Shown here one piece after another: positions 50,655-62,400 of a stretch of 64,000 nt of DNA. A program made the translations under genes and the position numbers. The stretch comes from Anthoceros angustus (lineage: Eukaryota > Plantae > Anthocerotophyta), in assembly GCA_010909165.1 (NCBI GenBank), contig MU008162.1, positions 1,922,001 through 1,986,000 of the forward strand, given 5' to 3'. The notes below the pieces were generated by a model. It was not told the DNA's origin, ran no database searches, and saw nothing but the letters and a program-made list of their open reading frames with translations. Positions within the stretch are counted from its first letter, which is position 1, and every line of letters starts with the position of its first letter.

Positions 50655-51857
50655 TCACTCTGATGGTGAACCTGATTTTGCTACCACTTTTAACTCTGTA
50701 GTCGGGTCTGAATCTGAGCGATGTGATTCAGGCAACCACCGCTGTACCTCCACGGGCTTCACTTCTAAGCTTTCCAAGTCCTGAACTTGTAGGCCTTTGA
50801 AAGATGTACTTCTAGGAACAACATGAAGCAATAGAAGAGTCTGAACGACCACGCTTCCCATCAGACTATGCACTAGAGTATAGCAAACCACCCATTCCGA
50901 ACAGAACACTAGCTTTGTTGTTGTGTACCTTGGAGACACTGCCACAAAGCCGATTCATGGCATGGACGTCCGCCCAATTAGCAACTCTTTGTCTTGGTTC
51001 ACCTTCCGGCACAACGATGACAGCATACCTGCAAATAAAGTAGACCAGAAGACTTTTGAAGAATCATATCCATGATTAGACGATGACAAAAAATTAAAGA
51101 ATTGTCTGGCATGAGGGATAAAACGCACTGCGAGTGAACCAGCTCAGGATGATGACGATAAGCAAGAAAGTCGGCTCCATATTGATGACCGGACCTCACC
51201 ACCCAGTGTCGTTCACGCAAGTACAAAAACCCCTTGTACCGCTGAGGAAAGAAAGCTCGATCCTGCACCATCCAGCTCCAAACTTCTTCACAACTCAGCA
51301 GATTCCGACCCTGCACCATATATAATGTCAGCAATTGCGCTAGTTTCGGAAGTTTAAGCTTCCAGTTAGTTATAAATCGAACCTCGGATCCCCAGCTGTA
51401 AAGGTGAAGACAAGCCAAGTGATGACAAAGAAAAAAGGCCTCTTCCAAGCCTAGATGCATCATCAGGCCATTAGTCTTCTCTTTCTCCACATCCAATATT
51501 CGAATTGGACCTACAAAATATTAGCATACTACGTTAGCGATGATAAGACTGTGCCACCCACTGGCCTCCAAACTCCTCAACATGTCACTACATACGTGGC
51601 GGCAAGTGAGCATCCCGTGGGACAACCCTTGAGGCCGCAGAAGCTGGGAGGACCAACATCCCGAAGCATGCTCGGCTCAAAACAGCTGCTTGCTCAGGGC
51701 TTGCCATCACCAGAGCTGCACCCTTTGCCACATGCCCTTCCATAGGGGTCCATCTCCGCATCTCATCATACAACCGAGACATGGGATCCTCCTGGGCCGC
51801 AGATTCTCCTCCGCTCTTCCATCTCGATCTGTCGCAAGGATGGTTCTGCTCTTCCAT
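50655..51857 (-). CDS. SEN2: tRNA-splicing endonuclease subunit SEN2-like, apparently intact, 5 exons
   Basis: RWKSGG..EDPMS..LSRACFG; LGLEEAFFL; YKGFLYLRERHWVVRSGHQYGADFLAYRHHPELVHSQ|YAVIVV..NWADVHAMNRLCGSVSK|TLLLLHV..VQRWLPE. Confidence 0.9.
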
Positions 51858-51923
51858 CCTATCTAATTCCGGGTCCGAATCTCGAAGCCGTCGCAATTGA
51901 ACCTCACAGGCAAGTCGGCCCGA

Positions 51924-52195
51924 TTTAGGGTTTCAACATAAACGGCCTCCTTTCATTTGAAATGCGAGCATCAAAGGGTGTAAAGTCTCTTGGCGCTGCC
52001 CGATCAGGCTCACCAGAGCTTTCAGAGATGGGAGTTATCATCAGTGACCAGTTCTCTTATGGAAACCAGCAGGGCTCAGCGGACGTTCGGAAGAGAGGCT
52101 GGAGGAGCTTCTAAACAGTAGTCATGCCGCCCAAACTAGACCCTTCGCCGGTGGTGGAAGTGTACGTGCGGGCAAGTCGGTCCAAATTAGGGTTT
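51924..52195. promoter_or_regulatory. Duplicated telo-box promoter module between SEN2 and RPL12
   Basis: TTAGGGTTT at 51925-51933 and 52187-52195, each within a repeated GGCAAGTCGG..TTAGGGTTTCAA.ATAAACGGCCTCCTTTCA block. Confidence 0.65.
52124..52171 (+). pseudogene. Extra truncated copy of RPL12 exon 1
   Basis: [16 protein letters not shown], after which the sequence jumps back to promoter sequence. Confidence 0.85.
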
Positions 52196-52275
52196 CAATA
52201 TAAACGGCCTCCTTTCAACTGAAGTAGCCCTTTAGTAGGACTGCCGAAACCTGGAGGAGCCTTTGAGCAGCAGTC

Positions 52276-52864
52276 ATGCCGCCCAAACTAGACCCCTCGC
52301 AGGTGGTGGAGGTGTACGTGCGGGTCACTGGCGGCGAGGTAGGGGTTTGATCATGTCCGCATTGTGTGCCTGTGTGTGTGTTGGTTGTGGAAGAACGTGA
52401 GGGTGTGCTGACAGGGATTTGCTGTGCAGGTGGGAGCGGCCTCGTCGTTGGCCCCGAAGATCGGGCCTCTAGGTTTGTCTCCTAAGAAGGTGGGAGAGGA
52501 CATCGCCAAGGAGACGGCCAAGGATTGGAAGGGTCTGCGGGTGACTGTGAAGCTGACGGTGCAGAACAGGCAAGCCAAGGTATCCGTGGTCCCCAGTGCA
52601 GCCGCTCTTGTCATCAAGGCTCTCAAGGAGCCCGAGCGGGACAGGAAGAAGGTGAAGAACATAAAGCACAACGGGAACATCAGCCTTGATGACGTGATTG
52701 AGATAGCCAAAATCATGGCCCATAGGTCCATGGCCAAGCAGCTGGCGGGCACGGTGAAGGAGATATTGGGGACCTGTGTGTCTGTAGGATGCTCTGTTGA
52801 TGGAAAGGACCCCAAAGACCTACAAAGCGAGATTGACGATGGCACGGTTGAGATTCAAGAGTAG
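52276..52864 (+). CDS. RPL12: 60S ribosomal protein L12 (uL11), right copy; exons 52276-52338 and 52430-52864
   Basis: [21 protein letters not shown]|[12 protein letters not shown]...; near-identical to the left copy. Confidence 0.97.
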
Positions 52865-53469
52865 GGTAGGAAGTACACAAGTAGCTCTGCGGCTGCAGCA
52901 CCTGCTGAGGGTGTGTTGTCACTACGTTCTTTTGCGATGCAATAATTTTTTGACAGCGATTGTATTTGGTGCCCCGTGCGAAGCATTGTGTATCGCTTTG
53001 TCTGTGCTTTTGTGCTCTTTGTTTGCTTCTCTTTGGAACCGTCATTCGCGGACTAGCATGTCTGTAAGTGACACAGCAGGGAATACCGCGATGAGAGAAA
53101 TAGGTCCGTACAAGACCGGCACAGGTGGACAGGCCGTTCCCGAACATGGAATTTTTCTTCCTTGCAGGTGGTAGCTCGTTTCTCGCTCGGTGTGTAAAGG
53201 CTCTGGTAGCAAGTTGAGCTCTTCACGCAAGATGACAGGTGGTAGCTCGTTGCTCACTCGGTCCTGGAGGCACTGGTATCAAGTTGAGCTCTTCATCCAA
53301 GATGACAGGTGAGTTGCTGTGGTTTCTTCAATTGGCACAAACTATCCAGATTGCAGTATCATACCTTATTGTTAATTTCTTCGTTTCCAATGGTAGTCTT
53401 GGCTTTCCTGAAACCGCACCCACTGAGCAGCAAGTCGTTTTGACAGCACGGGATTTCGAGGCATGGACA

Positions 53470-55250
53470 CCGAACCGTCTTTGCTCGCACAATTGAAGCG
53501 GCAGGTGGCGGTATCATTTTGATCCTGCTCAATGAGCAGTTTGGACAGGATGCTAATGGTCATCAGTAGTACGCCTGGGCTTAAGGCTCTGCATGTCTCT
53601 TGCTCACCGTGGCATTCATGTCTACGGTGCACATGCTAGGTTCCGTACGGAGGTATATGCATATGCGACTGGCCGGTTCAATGAGCAATCTAGTCTCTCA
53701 CTGACATCTTGCCAGACTTGCAGAGTTATGGACGAAGAGCTCAACATTTCCCCAATGTCCTCCACACATCCGCTGTATTGAACCTCTTGCCACTCTGGAG
53801 GTATGTTTATTTATGAATGTGGTGGCGATTCTGGACTGTAATGATGCCGGGTGCTGCTTTCTGTCCCTCTATTATGTGATGGCTCGGCAACATGCAGGGA
53901 GAGCAGGGTCGTACATAGGCAAAGAAGGAGTCGGTGAGAGACGCATCCATAAGGACCTCTGGTCAGCAAGTACCGAACAGAGATCAGGTAAAACTGTTTG
54001 GGTTTTGCTCCTTATGTGTGGTTAGAGTCTGATTTCAGTATGAACCCTGTCAATCTCCCTTCACAAGCAAGCACCTGTCAACTCGAAGACTGCTTTATGT
54101 AAGGAGACTGACACGAGGTGCCCAACTGTTTGTGACAGGCAACCGCAGTTGTAACATTTCTTGACGCAATCTCGGAGATCTGACTTTCAGAAGAACGGTT
54201 GGAAAGTCTGCTGCACTAGGAGTTTCCGTGGCTGGGGCAGCTGCTCTCTATTCTAGCATGTTACCTGGTGGGGAATTGCACGTATGAGATATCCAGCTAC
54301 TGTATCTTTCCGCTGGAACAGCTACTCGCACGTTTTTGTCACAGCTCCTAGCCCAGAGATGTTGAAGACAAGTCTTTGAAATTATTTTCTAGAGCTGTGA
54401 TGCCCTTGAGTATAAGGTAAAGGATTATAGGTATTCAAAGCTCCCAAATTAGTGATCGTTGTTGTGGTGGTATACCGAGGATCCGATGGGTTTCTAGCTC
54501 TGCACGCAGCTTCTAATAGTCCGCCCTTGGATTTTCTAGGAGCACATTGACTTGTACAATTTGGTGGAAGTACGAAAGCTCTTCGACAAGGCCTTCGGCC
54601 AGAGTTTTTGTATTTCGTCAACACTGCCAGACAATTAAGTATGTGCTAGAAACAACTTCTTCCAGGTGTTGGTACTCTGCTCACAAGTGAGTCTGCTGAG
54701 CCATCGACCTAAGGAAATCGCTTTGTACTGTACATCCAGCCGCAGGATTATGCGAAGTTATCTCAGGCAGACTTGTTAGTAGAAGATGAAACTCCAGCTC
54801 ATGTTGCTATCTCTGGTTCCGATGAAGCCTTCCTAAAGGCAGGGCAAAAGGTCTCTACAAGTGGTCTTCATCAGCATCAATCCAGTGCTGACAAGCCATT
54901 TCGTGAAAAAGAAAATGGAGGAAGACCTCGAAGCAAGAAAAATAGAGATCAGGGTACTCAAGGGCTTGACCTTGTTGGTACCCAAGGTGGAGATCGGCGA
55001 GCTTTATTGTGTCAGCAGCAGGATGTTGAAGGGGCCTTGCCTGTAACCCACATATAACTCATTTGTCTCCAGGAGCTTAGCTCCATCCTCTGCTCACAGG
55101 TTTGTCCTACAATGTGTGATGGGTCAATTCCATTCCTTGTCTGCTTCAAAGCTTCGAAGTGTACTTTTCTCAGAGGCTCAAGTACTCTTCTTCTGATTCC
55201 AGAGAGCACTATCCTGAAGACTGTCTCATCTGGGAAGGCGTCTTAAGGGA
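53470..55250 (+). pseudogene. Unidentified degenerate multi-exon gene remnant (right arm copy)
   Basis: Mirror of 46100-47900 with shared stops. Confidence 0.3.
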
Positions 55251-58200
55251 ACAAATACAGTAAGCACAAACTTATGTCTCGATGACGAGGCTGCCGTGGT
55301 CCTGGATGCAATTAGATGTGTGGATTCCTGACTACAGAGAACCTGCATGAATGTGATCACAAGCTGCATGCGGAAAGTGACAGTCAAGAGGTAGTACACG
55401 CAACTGGGTGACGAGGTCCCGGCCCAGCCCGCTGGCTGCCTCGTGGGAGGAATTACGGTTGCTCTCGCGGTGGCGGGACCCGGCCAGCCGGTAACAGGAG
55501 TTAGACTTGTGAAAGGACGATCAATTATGCCTGATTGGTCGCTCATCATGCATCGTCAAGGCGGCACATGCTCCGCCCACGTAGACCGGACGCGTTCCCC
55601 CGGTCCCCCGGTCCCCGGCTTGGCATCTTCCCCGTTTGCCATTTCCGTACAAATCTCCCTTTTAGCCGCCAAGAATTTGAGAGGTCTCCTAACTTAAATA
55701 GACCAGATTCTGGGACGTTTCAGAAGGTGGATCGTGGAGGTAATCGGAGTTACCATTCCTACGTACGTACGCCTGTACTTACGTAGGAGGAGAGACTTTC
55801 ATGTAAGACGACCACCGGAAAGAGGACGCCGAGGCTGGCCGTTGTTCAGAAATAGCGTTTTTCTTATTAAAAATCTTTTTTTATACAAAGAACTTTATAA
55901 TAATTGATTAGAATATATTGTTTGTTGGGTGAATTTCTTCTTTTGTTCCTATTATCTGTGCATATGTTTTTGTTGGATTTTCTATGCTGCTTAAAAAGAA
56001 GGTGGAGACTTTGTAGATATGCAGAGATGGGGAGTCTCATTTACGTCGGGGGCAATGGGGAACAAACCTCTAGAGGGTATAGAAAAAATAAACAAAGATT
56101 AAAAAAGAAGAATGAAACAAAAGAAACGAGGGCTAAGGTATAAAAAAAATTTAGAGATAAAAGAAAATTAGAAGAGATAGAGATATAAAAAAAGAAATAA
56201 ATATTTTATATAATAAAGATGATAGAAAGATAAATAGAGGTCTTACTTTCATTTGCTTCACGACAGAGATTCGTGGGGGCTAGTCCTCTTTGTAGCTTGT
56301 TCTCCGCTGCCTCGATGTATATGGGACTTCCCACCTCCGCATATTTTTTAAGTCTCCGTGTTCCTCTTTCATTTGCTTCTTCTTCTATCAATAGATATAA
56401 GTGAATGATGATGAATAGATAAAGATCATTAATCATATTCATAATAAATACATTAAAAGAGATTGAAAACAAAAAGATTAGAGGTATAAGAAAAAAAACT
56501 AGAGAAAGGGGGGTTTGTTTGTATGAACTAAATTGTATATAGATCCTTTACCCAAATTAAAATGAATTGAAAATGTATAACCGGGTGCAAAATACTACAA
56601 ACAACTGAATAATCAAAGGGAGACCCCCAAGGACCGCGATAAAATGGAGGACTAAGCTCCATTCCTAAAGACACCTATTGTGATGACAATGTCATCTGCA
56701 AAAAGAATTAGGGCCTGTGTACTATTGAGGATGCATCAACAACGAATTCATGTTATATTGAGGGAAAAAACGATGGGGAAAAGTCCATCCAGCACGGGAC
56801 AATGAAGGTGGACCTCCGGGGTCAAGGTGAAAAAGAGCTACTAAGCCCTTACCTAAAGTTACCTACTGCTCCTAGAACATCATATGCAGGAAGAACAAAT
56901 GGCCTGCAAATGACTGAGGAAGACGAAGAAGCGTCAACAATGTGGACACAAACTATAGTAGTGACTTCATTTCATGCACTCTAGCTGAAAAAACGTACTT
57001 CTGCATCTCTTTGACCTTAATGCATCTTGAAATCTTTGATGAGAGACCCATTCTCTATAATCCAAAAGCAAAATCAGGTCTTGAAAGAGATCATAAAGGT
57101 CACTTTCATTTACTTGCCACTTTCTGTCCTCCCTTGAACTGTGACACGGTAGCCTAGAGTTCATGGTAGCCTAGAGTTCCAACTGTTCATTGAAACGCTA
57201 TGGTTAACCTAAGAATGCCCAACCACTCAAATCGAGTCTTTTTGACTTATGTTCTTTAACATTGTGCACAATTTTTGAATGACACTAGCTTATGTTAAGG
57301 TTTCTATTCATACCAAATTTGGCCCCTTACGATATTTTCATGTTAAAAGAAGACTCAATTCATATACTAACATAGTTAGAAATAAATCAATTATAGGTTA
57401 CTCCTTGGCGCTATCCAATATTTTTTCAATTGGCAACTCGCCTCACAAATCTCATATTTCACATTGTATGGTGTAGTGGGGATTACTTATCTTTGATTAT
57501 TACATACAGATCCTTTAACCTATGCCTTGTAATACAAATGAATATATCTTTATGTTGCTATCTTTATGTTGTAATCGCATAGTTGACGGAAAAAAGAGAA
57601 GTCAGAGCATTGCCTTGACAAATCGTTCAGCATTAGCCTCAACTCAAAAGATTCTTTAAAGAGAGAAGTTGCCTTCATCAAAATGGGCCTCAAACTCCAA
57701 GATTTTGAACTCTTAGATATATACCTCTCCATACTACCTGCCTCAATAATGATGATTGCGCCTCCATACTACCTCAATGACTAGGTATTGCAATGGATGC
57801 CTAAAGACAAAGAATGGTAGGATGACATGTATAAACGGAAGATTAATGCATCAAATTGCATGAGTAACTAACTGCATTATCTACATTGTATCATAGTTGA
57901 ACACATTATTCTCAATGTATACACTGATTGTCTATGACATTGGTCCATCAGGAGAGTTAAAACAATTCATTCTATAACCATAGTGTTAATATATGGCTAC
58001 ACAAATAAGGTGAAGAAGAAATTTATCATAGTCCACTATGAAATGGTTCGGCTAATGCAACTTGAGTCGCATGTTGTCACATTAACATGAATCTAAAGAG
58101 TCTAAAAGAAGACAACTTGACATAAATCTAAAGAGTCTAAAGAAAGACAACTTGAGTCGCATGTTGTCACATTAACATGAAACTAAAGAATCTAAAGAAA

Positions 58201-59488
58201 GATAGTACAACAAGTATTTTTCATGATTTTATCTGCTAACAAATTTCAAATCGTAACCGTATATGTCGTATGACACAAGATAGTTAAAAATATCTATTTG
58301 GTAAGTATATTTTATGTAATATTCCATGAGTACAAAATATATTATATAGATTTTTAATGATAACATAAGATGATTCTTACTTACTGGTTAATTGGTTCAA
58401 CCATGTCTACTTATTCAATAGAGTGCTTATGATTTTAACTTGTTTTGCGAAATAATGATGGTTGTCAAGAAACTACTGGTTTTCTTGGTCGGGTCAGTCA
58501 ATGCTCGACTTATCAATTTATGTGGTAATTTTTATTTACTTTTATATAAATATATTTAATAATATAATAAAAATTATAAAAATACACATGTTTTGTTACG
58601 CAGGGTGAAAGTGGTTTAGGATGTAGTGAAATTTGAAGCTTGTCCTTGCGGAAGGTGAGAGTTCTTGGCTGTAATCTTGAGCCAATGGCATTATGACTTT
58701 TCTTGATGTGATCGGCCACGGTACTGGCCCAATCAGGTCGGCGCAAACGGAATCTGTCAGTAAGCAAAAGCGGGCAACGGAACGGAACGTATCGTGGTTG
58801 GAAACTCGGACGTAAATTTTCGTTTGAGTCGACTCGAGTGCAGCTGCAGCACAGTACGAGCGTTGTGCGTGGAGAGAGGGGCGGTTGGTTTATATTCGAA
58901 GCACAAGGCCGCAGCTGGCTGCTGTGTGCTGTGCTGCGGACTTGTCTGCCTGCCTGCCCGCCTTCCTTGCTCGCGTGAACTCTCACCCTCGGTTTCGCAC
59001 GGAAGACGCCGCCGGACTGCCTGCCGGCAGATGAGCGCAGCGCAGCGAAGCAATGGACTCTGCGTCTCCCTCCCTGCTGCTGGTCCGGACGCTGGTGCGA
59101 GCTGGAGCCCGAGCTGCAGCTGCAGCTGCTGCTTCAGCAGACTTGTGATGTCCTGCGCTCCGGGCGGCGGGAACGGGACGGGGACGGGACGTGAACGGCC
59201 CTCTCTGCTGTCCCTGCTCCCCCTGTCCCTGTCCCTGTCCCAGCTGCTCCTTGCCAGGCGCCTGCTCCTGCTCCCAAGCCTCCTCGCCTTCTCCTTGCAT
59301 TGCCGCCTCTGGAGCTCGTGATGGCAGGCGGAGCGTGGCGCGGGATGTTGCGCTGCGTATGTGAGGTGTGGTTGAAATTGTGATCAATTGGCATTGCGCG
59401 GGGATTGAACGGAGGGAAGGAGATAAGGAAGCGAGGGAGGGAAGGAGGGAAGAGGAAGGATTGTGGTGTTTGATGTTTTTCTGTGGCC

Positions 59489-62400
59489 ATGGCGGTCAAC
59501 AGCAGCGTGCATGTTGTGGTTCCGAAGGGAGTGATTGAGGAGGAGCTCAAGGAGTTCATGGAGACCAAGGTCGGGCCGCTCTCGGGTTGGTCAATTCACA
59601 TCAAGAAGAGGTATTCGCCGAGCAGGGATGTCGGATACGCGCTGCTGCAGTTTGAGGAGCAGAGGCACGCGGAGAAGGCGTGCGAGCTCTCGGCGGACAA
59701 CAAGCTGCATCTCAGGAGCGGGAATTTGACGGTGACGCGCACCAAGTATGACATCAAGCAGGGCCCGTCTTACGGACTGGAGCGGTGGGGGAGCGGGACC
59801 TTCCATGGCGGTTGCCTTGTGTCCGACACCGATTTTAAGCTCATGTGGGATCCGGAGGTGGCCGCGGTCGCTGAGTTCGATTTCCGTGCCAAATTGTTGC
59901 GGCTTGTGTTTAAACTTAAGCGCGAGGAAGACTGCGAGTGCAAGCTGGAATTTCCGTTTCACCAGCTGCATCTTACTGCGCTTGCGCTGCGGAAGGAGCA
60001 GTACAAGGCCTTGCTCAGGCTGCACCAGCTATCTGCTTCTACCGAAGACTTAAAGGCGTTGCTGTTGAAGGTGAGTTCGCTTCCTGCTCCTCCACTTCCT
60101 GCCTGCTGCTGCTTCCTCGCTGTTGTGCTTCTCCCGCTGTTTTCCCTACAGTTGCTTCTCCTGCTTGTTTCCTGGTTCTCCTGCAGCTTCCTCTGCGTCT
60201 CTGACTGCTTCCTCTGCGTCTCACGCTGGCTGCTTCCATCTGCGTCTCCTGCTGCTCCCTCTCTCTGCCTCTCCTCTTGCGGTGTCCCTTTGGTTCTCGC
60301 GTTTACCTGCCGCTGAACGTGGCTGGCTGTCGAGCTGCAGCCAGATTGGGCTCCGCAAGTTTTCAAGCGATCTTGCAGGGAGGTGGTGCCGCCGCCAAAA
60401 GAGTCCGTGCTTAACTCTATCCATGAGCTTTGCAACGACAAGAGCTTCCACAATGTTGGAGAGCCTGAGGAGGTCTGGACCAGAATGGGAGATCTGCTTC
60501 CCGACTACCCCATTGCACAGTGTCGTCAGTTTCTGGTGCTTGTCTCTAATGTTTCGGACGAAGAGAGCAAGAAAGTTTTGGAGATGCTTGGAGACTATGC
60601 TGTGGTTGCCCCTGCAGGAAGGCAAGTGTTGGAGACCCAAATGCACCTCTACTATGCTTTCAAACAGCCGTTTGGGCCTGTGCTCGACTCTCCGCACATG
60701 AATGGCCTTCCCTTTGAGCTGTATTTCAAGCTCCATAGCTTGGTACATTTTGGGACATTGGCGGCACCGAGCTTGACACCCCAGTTTCTGGCCATGATCC
60801 GGCCCTCTTATGAATCTCCTTTAGATTGGACTATGCAGGCTTTAGAGAAGATGGGGATCGAGGAGGGCCTTGTGTCTGATCCGATGAAGTATGTTCGGGA
60901 TGCACTGGACAGAATCAGTCAGGAGTCAACTTCCTTGAAAGCTGCTGGGGAGTGCCGATCTCGCACGCACCATGGCCACTATGTCTGGGTTCGGCGTATG
61001 TTAGTCACTCCATCCAGGATTCTGTTCTCTGGACCTGAGCTAGAGCCCTCTAATCGGGTCACTAGGCATTTCGTGAAGCACATCGACTGCTTCCTTCGTG
61101 TAGTCTTTGTGGAGGAGGATTTGAGCCCGCTGCAGTATCAAGCGCTGGCTAAGCCCATCAGGAGCTTTGATTCGGAACTCCGCCCTGAGTCTACGGCAGT
61201 GCACCAGAGGATAAGGAAAATAATGGACGGGTTCTGGATTGCTGACAAGAGGTTCGAGACTCTTGCCTTCTCAACTAGTCAGCTTCGGGAGAAGTCACTT
61301 TGGATGTTTGCAGCTCCCAATTCTCAAGTAACTTGTGAAACCATCAGGAAATTCATGGGGGACTTTGGTATGATTCGGAATGTTGCCAAGTATGCTGCTC
61401 GTATGGGGCAGTGCTTCTCTGCAAGCACACCCACTTACGATGTCCCTACTAGCCAGGTTCAGCGTATTCCAGATATTTTCACCACGTGTAACGGTATCAA
61501 GTACAACTTCTCGGATGGCATTGGTAAGATATCAGTTGCCTTTGCCACGGAAGTTGCCAGAAAGTGTGGATTCATCAAGTCCGATGGAAGAGTTCCTTCC
61601 GCATATCACATCCGTTATGGTGGCTATAAGGGAGTTGTGGCACAAGATCCTGCTGTACAGTCCAACATGACACTCTTTCTGCGGGAAAGCATGTGTAAGT
61701 TTGAGTCTACTCACAGTGGGTTTGAAGTGATTAAATGCAGTACGGCAAAGCCATGCCACCTCAATCGTCAGATTATTACATTACTGTCTACTCTGGGCAT
61801 TCCAGATGAGACCTTTGAACACATGCTGAACTATGTGCTAGGGGAGCTGGATGCGATGCTGCATGATCCAGCTAGGGCTCAGCAGTTCTACTCTGGTGAT
61901 ATGTTGGCTGGCTTGCTGAACGTTGGGTTTGATCCTTCACTTGACCCACACTTAATTAGCGTGCTGCGAACCATGCGTGCATCACAACATTTTGATTTGC
62001 AGAAGAAGGCACGTATCCCAGTGAGGAAGGGTAGGATGATGCTAGGTTGTCTTGATGAGGCACGAACTCTGCAGGGTGGTGAAGTTTTCATTCAAATTTC
62101 TCCTCTGGCTACAGATTGTGGTGTGATGGAAGACAGCAATCTGTCTCAAGTAATTGTAGATGGAAAAGTTTCGACTTACATTGTGACAGGGGATGTAATT
62201 GTCACCAGAAGTCCTTGCCTGCACCCTGGTGATATCCGACGGTTGCGTGCGGTAGACAAGCAGAGTTTGAGGCATATGGTGGATTGTGTGGTGTTTCCTC
62301 AAGTCGGCATCAGGTACTTGCTCCTCAGGAATGAGGACTGCTTGAACGCTGGCCCTCTTTTTTTCTTCCTTTCCTGTTCACGATGTTCCCTTTCTAATAA

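Larger units (their letters stand above)
22770..58660. repeat. Giant inverted duplication (palindrome): left arm 22770-50476 (minus insertion 24065-43951), right arm 50614-58660, spacer 137 bp
   Basis: Reverse-complement matches followed by eye, e.g. 22770-24064 vs 57470-58660, 43952-49150 vs 52230-57470 and 49200-50476 vs 50614-51930. Confidence 0.92.

Noticed and set aside
22770-58660. Palindrome as a chimeric fold-back read artefact
   Set aside because: The arms differ by substitutions, a TSD-flanked insertion with an empty site, and a pseudogenised SEN2, which a read artefact would not produce.
59483-60316. 277-aa ORF as a separate protein
   Set aside because: It is RDR exon 1 reading into a CT-rich intron (donor at 60071).
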